From IMG/VR virus record IMGVR_UViG_3300032313_000518, positions 46,969 to 110,968 of that record: a stretch of 64,000 nucleotides of DNA, one strand, 5' to 3'. The position numbers and the translations under genes were made by a program. The DNA is from a virus. Positions 56,941 to 64,000 of this stretch are shown here, piece after piece (position 1 is the stretch's first letter; the number at the start of each line of letters is the position of its first letter). The notes below the pieces were generated by a model. It searched no databases. It was not told the DNA's origin and saw only the letters and a program-made list of their open reading frames with translations.

Positions 56941-58995
56941 ATGCCTGCAAAATCAAAAGCTCAACAACGTTTTATGGGAATGGTTCATGCCGTACAAAAA
57001 GGAGACATGGATGCCCCATCATCGGAAGTTGAAAAAGCAGCTGATTCAATGAGTGATGCAGACGCAAAAGATTACGCATCAACCAAACACAAAGGTTTAC
57101 CCAACCATGTGAAAAAAGAAAATATGGAAAAAGAATTAAAAGAAATCATCCGTCAAACATATAGAGAGAGTTTGAGAGAATCAGTAAACGAAGCTAAGAT
57201 ACAACCAAAAGATGATTGGGGAGTTAGATTAGTTGTAGCTATTAATAATAATGTTGCTGCATTACATACATCCGTTATAAGAGAAAAAAAAGATGTACAG
57301 CAAGCAGTTGCTGCTTTTGGTAATGTGTTAAAAAATGCTATTAAAGAAACTCTAAAGCACAAATACAAACCACATCCAAAATATACTGAAGCTGATAGTA
57401 AAATAAAAACATTTATTTCTGAACTTAAAAAGTTTGAAAATATTGTAGATATGGTTATTTCTAAACCAACAAAATCTGGTATTGTAAAATTGGATGATGC
57501 TTGGAGAAGTATTTGGAATCATAAATTTGGTTCGGCAATTGCCCTATCTGGTGATTTGTTTAATAGTATTATAGAAAACGAATCGGTAAACGAAGCAAAA
57601 TACCCAACCAATTTATATGTTGGTTCTGTAATTTATGGACAAGGATTTACTGGATTAAAAGGAATTGAAGGTGGTAAATACTACAAAGTTGTTGAAATGG
57701 ATGATTATTCAGCAACATTAGTACCATGTGATGAAAAAGGTAAGATAACAGGTTCAAAAAAAGTTAGACATAAATTAGATTCAATCGAAGGTGGTATCAA
57801 AACTGCTAAAAGAGGAGATGAAAACGGAATTGTCATCGAATCAGTAAACGAATCAATATCACATGAAGCAATGGGAATCGCTTCAATGACTAACACTAGA
57901 AAAGAAGCAGTTCAAAAGTTTATTGATGATAACAACTTAAATGCAAAAGAAATATTAACTCACGTTACCAAAGGTAAATTGCCGGAGAGAATTCGTTTTG
58001 TTCAGGCATTAGTTGGAACTCCTAATAATTCTTCTTTCAAATGGTATGTAAAAAATTACGCAAACGAATCGGTAGTAAACGAAGCAATTGATATTAACCA
58101 TTGGAAAAAATATGCAAATGGTGGAGGGCCATTGTTTAGCCGTAAAGTAAAAACTCAACGTGAATTTAATACAGAATTTCGTGAGGTAGCTTATGCTTAT
58201 AATAATGACCCAGATAGTCGTGAAAACAGACTTAAACGTGATAAAATTGAAAAAGTAAAAAAATTAGCACAGGAATTTTTTGATAAAGAGGGTTTTATCA
58301 CATCTAATATTATTGATGAAATGTGGTCTGCAATGGTATCTGGTAAGATAAAGGAAGGCAAGGTAACCGAAGGTAAGAAAGCATTCAAAATAAATCCACC
58401 AATCGGTAGTTCAAAATATAGTATTAGTGCATATGATGGTATAACAAAACACAAAGATGGTAGTCCTTTTTACAATATTCTTATTTTTAAGAACAAAGCA
58501 GATTTAGAAAGAAGAGCTAATTATTTTAGAAGCGAAAAATACATTGAAGAAGCAGTAGTAACCGAAGGAAAGAAAGCATTCAGAATAAATCCACAAATCG
58601 GTAAAGCAAAATATAGTATTAGTGCTCACAATGGTGTATCAAAACACAAAGATGGTAGTGATTTTTGGGATATTCTTATTTTTAAGAACAAAGCGGATTT
58701 AGAAAGAAGAGCTAAATATTTTAGAGGTGAAAAATACATTGAAGAAGCAGTAGTAACGGAAGGAAGATACGATGCAGATTTGGATAAAATTGAAGCAGTA
58801 GTTAAAAACGCAACATCTTTTATGAATGTAGGTTCTGAATTGAAGAAAGCAGGAATTAAATATGATTTCACAACTTCAATGATTCCTATGTATATGATTA
58901 AAGTATCTGGTAACACTATTGCAATTTGTAATAAGAAATATGCAGCTGGTGCGGAGAGAGAAGTGAACGATATAGCAATTGGTTTATTAAATTAA
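56941..58995 (+). CDS. Modular polyprotein (DUF3008-like N-terminus plus seven cassettes) with repeated ESVNE/VTE junctions
   Basis: MPAKSKAQQ...ASTKHKGLP; junctions at 57178, 57580, 57838, 58066, 58354, 58546 and 58741. Confidence 0.75.
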   Translation: MPAKSKAQQRFMGMVHAVQKGDMDAPSSEVEKAADSMSDADAKDYASTKHKGLPNHVKKENMEKELKEIIRQTYRESLRESVNEAKIQPKDDWGVRLVVAINNNVAALHTSVIREKKDVQQAVAAFGNVLKNAIKETLKHKYKPHPKYTEADSKIKTFISELKKFENIVDMVISKPTKSGIVKLDDAWRSIWNHKFGSAIALSGDLFNSIIENESVNEAKYPTNLYVGSVIYGQGFTGLKGIEGGKYYKVVEMDDYSATLVPCDEKGKITGSKKVRHKLDSIEGGIKTAKRGDENGIVIESVNESISHEAMGIASMTNTRKEAVQKFIDDNNLNAKEILTHVTKGKLPERIRFVQALVGTPNNSSFKWYVKNYANESVVNEAIDINHWKKYANGGGPLFSRKVKTQREFNTEFREVAYAYNNDPDSRENRLKRDKIEKVKKLAQEFFDKEGFITSNIIDEMWSAMVSGKIKEGKVTEGKKAFKINPPIGSSKYSISAYDGITKHKDGSPFYNILIFKNKADLERRANYFRSEKYIEEAVVTEGKKAFRINPQIGKAKYSISAHNGVSKHKDGSDFWDILIFKNKADLERRAKYFRGEKYIEEAVVTEGRYDADLDKIEAVVKNATSFMNVGSELKKAGIKYDFTTSMIPMYMIKVSGNTIAICNKKYAAGAEREVNDIAIGLLN
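58363..58752 (+). repeat. 195-bp tandem duplication (65-aa cassette x2)
   Basis: Units start at 58363 and 58558; a third VTEG junction starts at 58753. Confidence 0.9.
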
Positions 58996-59023
58996 AAAAA
59001 ACAAAAATATATAAAAACTAAAG

Positions 59024-59058
59024 AAAATTAAACATAATTTTATGTTTAATTTTTTTTT
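59024..59058 (+). terminator. Perfect 14-bp inverted repeat plus T tract (terminator or operator)
   Basis: AAAATTAAACATAA-TT-TTATGTTTAATTTT. Confidence 0.55.
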
Positions 59059-59061
59059 ATA

Positions 59062-59069
59062 TACTTATT
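59062..59069 (+). promoter_or_regulatory. Putative late promoter TACTTATT
   Basis: Octamer variant 141 nt before the scaffold ATG. Confidence 0.55.
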
Positions 59070-59078
59070 GATAACAAT

Positions 59079-59187
59079 AACCTATTTCATATAGGTTTAA
59101 GACAGTTGGTTAATGAATACCCATTTATATGAGGTGACCGAACAACCGAACTACCTACATTGAAGTCCAAAAATCGAATGACTTCAG
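59079..59187 (+). ncRNA. Putative structured 5' leader RNA of the scaffold-capsid operon
   Basis: Three successive stem-loops identified by eye. Confidence 0.5.
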
Positions 59188-59210
59188 AATAAGAAAAACA
59201 AAGTAAAAGA

Positions 59211-60311
59211 ATGGCAAGTTCAAAATTATTAAAAGAAGCAATCGCTGACGCTAAAGCTGTACGTGAAACTGCTATTGCCAATGCTAAAATTGCATTAGAA
59301 GAAGCATTTACTCCTCGTTTACAATCTATTCTTTCTAGAAAATTACAAGCCGAAATGGAAGGTGATGAAGACGAAGAAGCAGATATAACCGAAGATAATG
59401 ATACATCTACTGGAATTGGTACTGGTGATAACAAACAACCGGCAGATGCGGCAAATACAGCGCAGACTGACTTAAGTGGTATTTCTAAGCAATCAGCATC
59501 AGCTGGTGATGAGTTAGAAGGACACGATGAAGTTGATGATTTAATGGAAGGCGAAGACGAAGAAGCACCGGCAATGGAAGGTGAAGATGAGGCTGAGTAC
59601 GCAGCAGAAGGTGAAGAAATGGCACCAGAGGCTGATGAAGATGAATTAGATTTGGAATCTATCATCAGAGAATTAGAAGACGAAATCGGAGTTGAAGAAT
59701 CTGATGAGTTAGGATACGAAGACCCAACAGGCGTTGAGAACGCATACGAAGGTGAAGAAGAAGCTCCAGCAGCAGAAGCTCCAGCGGAAGATGAAATGGA
59801 AGCTCCAGCGATGGAAGGAGAAGAAGAAGAAACTATCGATTTAGACGAAATCCTTCGTGAGATGGGTTACGGAGATGATGAAGAAGTTTCTGAAGAAGAA
59901 GAAGCAGGAAACGAAGAAGAAATGGCAGCAATGCAATCTGAATTGAAAGAAGCATATTCAACTATTCAATCTTTGAGAAAAACTATCAACGAAGTAAATT
60001 TATTAAACGCTAAATTACTTTACACTAACAAATTGTTCAGAGGATATAATCTAACTAATGAGCAAAAAATTAAAGTTGTAGAGAATTTAGACAGAACTTC
60101 TAACGTAAGAGAAGTTAAATTGGTTTACGCAACATTATCTGAATCAATGAAATTCACTGGTACTGAAAGAAAAGTAGCAGCTAAGAAAAGCATAACTGAA
60201 GGGTTAGCATCTAAGCCAACTGCATCTACTGCACCAGCAAAACAAATTATTTCAGAAAATACAAATGAATTAGCAAATCGCTTTAAGCAATTAGCTGGTA
60301 TCATTAAATAA
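59211..60311 (+). CDS. Prohead core scaffolding protein (gp22-like)
   Basis: Very acidic, C-terminal coiled coil, directly upstream of the major capsid gene, many (L/I)xE sites. Confidence 0.8.
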   Translation: MASSKLLKEAIADAKAVRETAIANAKIALEEAFTPRLQSILSRKLQAEMEGDEDEEADITEDNDTSTGIGTGDNKQPADAANTAQTDLSGISKQSASAGDELEGHDEVDDLMEGEDEEAPAMEGEDEAEYAAEGEEMAPEADEDELDLESIIRELEDEIGVEESDELGYEDPTGVENAYEGEEEAPAAEAPAEDEMEAPAMEGEEEETIDLDEILREMGYGDDEEVSEEEEAGNEEEMAAMQSELKEAYSTIQSLRKTINEVNLLNAKLLYTNKLFRGYNLTNEQKIKVVENLDRTSNVREVKLVYATLSESMKFTGTERKVAAKKSITEGLASKPTASTAPAKQIISENTNELANRFKQLAGIIK

Positions 60312-60337
60312 ACAAACTAAACAAAAAATATTATAAA

Positions 60338-61996
60338 ATGGCAAATTTTGATTTATCCAAGTTAATGGAAGGCAAAAACCCACAAGCAGTAATGTTGGCT
60401 GAAACACGTCAATTGAAATCTAAGTGGGAGAAAACCGGTCTATTAGAAGGTATGAAAGATAGAGACCAACACTCTATGGCAGTTCTTTTAGAGAACCAAG
60501 CTAAGCAATTGTTGGACGAGGCAACTCAAACTGGTACTTCTTCTGGTTCAGAAGAGTGGAGTGGTGTAGCTTTACCTTTAGTAAGAAGAATCTTCGGTGA
60601 GATTGCTTCTAAAGAATTCGTTAGTGTACAACCTATGAACTTACCTTCTGGTCTTGTATTCTTCTTAGATTTCAAATATGGCTCAGCACAAGGAGCAGCA
60701 GGACAATTCGGTGGAAAATCACTTTTTGGTGGTACTAACGCAACTGGTTCAGCAGCTAACTTTGGTAGAACTGATGCAGCAACAGGTGGTTTATATGGTG
60801 AAGGCCGTTATGGTTATTCAGTAAACGATGCTACTGCAACTATTACTACTACTCAAGTAAATGGTACAATCACTTCAGCATCTGGTGTAACTTGGTCTGA
60901 AGTTGGATATGATTCAGCAATTTCTGCATCAGTTTCGGCTGGTAAAGTATTTAAATTAACTGTATCTGGTTCAGCAATCGCTTCAACTTTTGATTCTAAT
61001 GCAGTTCGTTCTACATTAGTAACAAACGCTGGTGTATTCGCTAACTTAAACCAATACAACTATTACAACTCAACTTCTGGATTAGCGGTATTATACGTTT
61101 CTGGTTCTACTTTAGCAGCAGCTGGTGGTCCTTCAAACACTATCGTTTACTCTGAAGTTCCTGTAGCTTATGATAGAGGAGATTTCGAAGATTCAACTGC
61201 AAACTCTGCTGGTAACACAACAACTGCATTGGATATCCCTGAAATCGACTTAGAATTGAAATCAGAGGCAATCGTTGCTAAGACTCGTAAGTTGAAAGCA
61301 GTTTGGACTCCTGAATTAGCACAAGACTTAAATGCATATCACTCAATCGATGCAGAAGCTGAATTAACTTCTATGTTATCTGATTATATCTCATTAGAGA
61401 TTGACTTAGAAATCTTAGATATGTTAAAGAGCAACGCATTGACTACTGAATACTGGTCTGCAACTATTGGTGAGGAATTACTTAACAATGGTGCAACTGG
61501 ACAAGCAGCTTGGTCTACTGGTAACTCTTCATTGGCTTACCAAAAGAACACTTGGTTCCAGACTTTAGGAACTAAAATCAATAAGGTATCTAATAAGATT
61601 CACCAATTAACATTAAGAGGTGGAGCTAACTTCATCGTTGCTTCTCCTGATGTTTGTACTATCTTAGAATCTATTCCTGGATTCGTAGTAAACGCTGATA
61701 AAGATGCAACATCTTTCGCAGCTGGTGTAACTCAAGTAGGTGCTATGGCTAATCGCTACACTGTTTACAAAAACCCTTATATGACTTCTAACGAAATCTT
61801 ATTAGGATATAGAGGTAACAACTTCTTAGAGACAGGTGCAGTTTACGCTCCATATGTTCCTTTGATTATGACTCCTTTAGTGTACGACCCACAAAACTTC
61901 ACACCAAGACGCGGAGTTATGACTCGTTACGCTAAGAAAATGGTCCGTCCGGAATACTACGGAAAGATTTATGTTAAAGATTTACAAAACATCTAA
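60338..61996 (+). CDS. gp23: Major capsid protein (gp23-like)
   Basis: LPLVRR, VQPMNLPSGLVF, A.TRKLKA.WTPELAQDL.AYH..DAEAEL, YAPYVPL, GVMTRYA. Confidence 0.97.
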   Translation: MANFDLSKLMEGKNPQAVMLAETRQLKSKWEKTGLLEGMKDRDQHSMAVLLENQAKQLLDEATQTGTSSGSEEWSGVALPLVRRIFGEIASKEFVSVQPMNLPSGLVFFLDFKYGSAQGAAGQFGGKSLFGGTNATGSAANFGRTDAATGGLYGEGRYGYSVNDATATITTTQVNGTITSASGVTWSEVGYDSAISASVSAGKVFKLTVSGSAIASTFDSNAVRSTLVTNAGVFANLNQYNYYNSTSGLAVLYVSGSTLAAAGGPSNTIVYSEVPVAYDRGDFEDSTANSAGNTTTALDIPEIDLELKSEAIVAKTRKLKAVWTPELAQDLNAYHSIDAEAELTSMLSDYISLEIDLEILDMLKSNALTTEYWSATIGEELLNNGATGQAAWSTGNSSLAYQKNTWFQTLGTKINKVSNKIHQLTLRGGANFIVASPDVCTILESIPGFVVNADKDATSFAAGVTQVGAMANRYTVYKNPYMTSNEILLGYRGNNFLETGAVYAPYVPLIMTPLVYDPQNFTPRRGVMTRYAKKMVRPEYYGKIYVKDLQNI

Positions 61997-62027
61997 TCAA
62001 TAACATACTCTTAGAGTGAATAAAATT

Positions 62028-62054
62028 GGGGGAAAATGGATTTCCCCCTTTTTT
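62028..62054 (+). terminator. Rho-independent terminator
   Basis: GGGGGAAA-ATGGA-TTTCCCCC plus T6. Confidence 0.9.
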
Positions 62055-62084
62055 ATGCCCTTTTGGGTTTCCAAAACTATTTGA

Positions 62085-62092
62085 TATTTATA
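62085..62092 (+). promoter_or_regulatory. Putative late promoter TATTTATA
   Basis: Octamer after the terminator, 37 nt before ATG 62130. Confidence 0.65.
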
Positions 62093-62129
62093 TGGGTAAA
62101 CGTTATAGTTTAACAAATAATATAAAATA

Positions 62130-62732
62130 ATGGGACAAAGAAAAACAACCATACGAACGGGCACATGGGCACCAAGTTGGGGATATAGTTTAGAAGCATC
62201 TGCTAGTATGGCACAAAATCCAACAAATCAAAATAGAAGTACGGGAACAAACTATTGGGTTACTGGTAGTATGATTATTCCAGCAGGTGTAGCAACAATT
62301 ACATCCGCATCTTATGGATTAGGACCTGTAAATACCACCGCAAAAGTATCAATACCTTTTGAAAACTTTGTCTCCAAACATACATTAATAGCACATGATT
62401 CGGATGATGTTAAAGGATTTTCAATTTTAGCATACAATGGTGTGATATCAACATTAGCTGGATATAATGAATTTAGTAGTAGTACATTTAATAATACATC
62501 ACAATCATATGCTGTAATATATGTTTCCGCATCTAAAGCTAATATGGGAAATATTGGTGGTAATAGTTTGTATTTATCATTAGGTACATCACAAAATAAT
62601 TCAGCAACTCGTAATGGAAACGATTCTACTACAAATGTTAGTGAGCACGTTGCATTTGCTACTAAATATCCAACCGATACAAGAGGATGGACTTTGGTGA
62701 AGGGAGTTTTAACATCTCCAAAAAATCAATAA
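62130..62732 (+). CDS. Ser/Thr-rich hypothetical virion protein
   Basis: 200-aa ORF after the major capsid gene, with SAS/TGS motifs. Confidence 0.6.
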   Translation: MGQRKTTIRTGTWAPSWGYSLEASASMAQNPTNQNRSTGTNYWVTGSMIIPAGVATITSASYGLGPVNTTAKVSIPFENFVSKHTLIAHDSDDVKGFSILAYNGVISTLAGYNEFSSSTFNNTSQSYAVIYVSASKANMGNIGGNSLYLSLGTSQNNSATRNGNDSTTNVSEHVAFATKYPTDTRGWTLVKGVLTSPKNQ

Positions 62733-62770
62733 TAAAGTTACAATAAACTAAAATAAAAATTAATAATAAA

Positions 62771-63010
62771 ATGGGACAAGTAAAAGGAAATCCAACACCA
62801 TCAGCAGAAAATGCAGCATTTGAAGCAAAATACCCAAATACAGGTAGAGCTAATAGAGATTTAGGTCAAATAATTGAATTGGCGGTAGAAGAAGCTATTG
62901 TTGAAGTAGCACCAGCAGTTGTAAAAGCTCCAGCAGTAGAAAAAGCTCCAGTAGTTGTATCCGCTCCAGTAGTTGAAAAAACTCCTACAACGGAAGAAGC
63001 TTCAGTTTAA
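62771..63010 (+). CDS. Small protein with (K/S)AP(A/V)V repeats
   Basis: 79-aa ORF, A-rich leader, followed by a terminator. Confidence 0.6.
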   Translation: MGQVKGNPTPSAENAAFEAKYPNTGRANRDLGQIIELAVEEAIVEVAPAVVKAPAVEKAPVVVSAPVVEKTPTTEEASV

Positions 63011-63042
63011 ATAGAATAACTATCCTTCACAAATATAGTTAG

Positions 63043-63071
63043 AGAGAGAATGGAAACGTTCTCTCTTTTTT
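63043..63071 (+). terminator. Rho-independent terminator
   Basis: AGAGAGAATG-GAAA-CGTTCTCTCT plus T tract. Confidence 0.85.
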
Positions 63072-63096
63072 ATTTTACCCCTTTCCAATTTTTTTA

Positions 63097-63104
63097 TATT
63101 TATA
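63097..63104 (+). promoter_or_regulatory. Putative late promoter TATTTATA
   Basis: Octamer 25 nt before ATG 63130. Confidence 0.65.
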
Positions 63105-63129
63105 AGAGTATTATAATATTTCAATAAAA

Positions 63130-63510
63130 ATGGCAGCAGGAAAATATTCATTCGTAATAGAACAGGGAGCAACAACAAATTTTCAAATAAATTGGAACAA
63201 TGAAAGTGGTTCGGCAATAGATTTAAGTGGTTATCAGGCTAGAATGCAAATCAGACCGGGTGTTGAATCATCTGATGTCTTTCTTTCATTATCATCATCT
63301 TTAAAGGCTGATAATACGGGAATCAATTTAAGTGGTTCTAATTTCATAACTCCATTGGCAAGTGGTTCAATTGGAGTATATATTTCTGCAGCATCTTCAT
63401 CCGCATTAAATTTTGGTGAAGCATTTTACGATATAGAATTGATAAAAGGTAATGAGGTTACCCGTTTATTAGAAGGTAAAGTTAAGTTATCTAAAAACGT
63501 AACTCGATAG
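63130..63510 (+). CDS. Virion structural protein (BppU-N-like Ig fold)
   Basis: IEQGAT...IDLSGYQARMQIR...YDIEL...RLLEG pattern. Confidence 0.65.
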   Translation: MAAGKYSFVIEQGATTNFQINWNNESGSAIDLSGYQARMQIRPGVESSDVFLSLSSSLKADNTGINLSGSNFITPLASGSIGVYISAASSSALNFGEAFYDIELIKGNEVTRLLEGKVKLSKNVTR

Positions 63511-63511
63511 G

Positions 63512-64000
63512 ATGTCAATACAAATAGAAAAAAATATTACAACTGTCCAAGTTGAAATACCAAAAACCAATGTTGCAATTGAAACTGCAGTAACGGAAAT
63601 AACTGTCCAAACTTCACAACCGGAAATAATAATAGCAACGGCAGGAGTTCAAGGACCGGTAGGACCGAGAGGGTTTGATACTGGTACATCAGGAACTTCT
63701 GGAACAAGCGGAGTAAATGGTTCATCAGGAACTTCTGGAATAGGAAGTAATGGTACATCGGGTACATCCGGTTCAAACGGTATAACTGGAGCAGGTGGTA
63801 CGGCTGGTTCATCTGGAACATCAGGTTTAAATGGTACATTCTTTGGAAGTAGTGGAACATCTGGAGTAAGTGGAAGTGGTGGCACAAGTGGTACATCAGG
63901 AACTTCTGGAGTAAGTGGAAGTAGTGGGACTAGTGGTATAAGTGGTAGTGATGGTACAAGCGGCACATCTGGAACAAGTGGCACTTCGGGAACGTCTGGA
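63512..64000 (+). CDS. Collagen-like Gly-Thr-Ser repeat fibre protein, truncated by the window edge (not in ORF track)
   Basis: ATG 63512: MSIQIEKNITTVQVEIP...GVQGPVGPRG then (GTS/GSS)n, open to the end of the window. Confidence 0.85.
   Translation, partial: MSIQIEKNITTVQVEIPKTNVAIETAVTEITVQTSQPEIIIATAGVQGPVGPRGFDTGTSGTSGTSGVNGSSGTSGIGSNGTSGTSGSNGITGAGGTAGSSGTSGLNGTFFGSSGTSGVSGSGGTSGTSGTSGVSGSSGTSGISGSDGTSGTSGTSGTSGTSG

Noticed and set aside
57178-58764. Short repeats with unique spacers suggesting a CRISPR array
   Set aside because: Repeats are ~15 nt, in frame within a CDS, with spacers of roughly 190-400 nt; no cas genes. Interpreted as protein junctions instead.
59087-59665. 192-aa minus-strand Ser-rich ORF
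   Set aside because: Mirror of the acidic scaffold codons (GAA/GAT).
63537-63984. Minus-strand VP-repeat ORFs
   Set aside because: Mirror of the plus-strand GTS-repeat gene starting at 63512.
1-64000. tRNA/rRNA genes, integrase, transposase, inteins, stop-codon recoding
   Set aside because: None recognised. Intergenic gaps are short, TerL, primase and capsid are of ordinary length, and TAA, TAG and TGA all act as stops. tRNAscan was not run.

Overview
This 64-kb window is an AT-rich segment of a large T4-like (myovirus-type) phage genome, almost all on the + strand. The host is probably Bacteroidota: three promoters match TTTG-N20-TAnnTTTG and the leaders are A-rich without Shine-Dalgarno sequences. 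Gene order: a host-derived envelope/lipid module (lipoprotein end, GT2, PlcP/LpxH-like phosphoesterase, GT4, outer-membrane barrel protein, Ntn-hydrolase); a baseplate/tail block (gp5-like, peptidoglycan hydrolase, gp25, gp6, gp7-like); GIY-YIG nuclease, primase and a fused Mre11-Rad50; a 2069-aa tail fibre with nearby glycosyltransferases (O-fucosyltransferase-like, GT4-MTase-GT fusion, TibC/AAH-like heptosyltransferase); and the head block (TerL, portal, prohead protease, scaffold, major capsid) interspersed with probable capsid-cargo genes. Main hypotheses: (1) cargo polyproteins made of unrelated cassettes joined by conserved prohead-protease-like sites (ESVNE/A, VTE/G), plus an Ntn-hydrolase whose catalytic Cys sits behind such a site; (2) a virion O-glycosylation system with a candidate [ST]-[AGS]-S sequon across structural proteins; (3) a phospholipid-to-glycolipid remodelling module; (4) a TATTTATA late-promoter motif and a structured RNA leader on the scaffold-capsid operon. 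All family calls come from motif recognition by eye; no searches were run.
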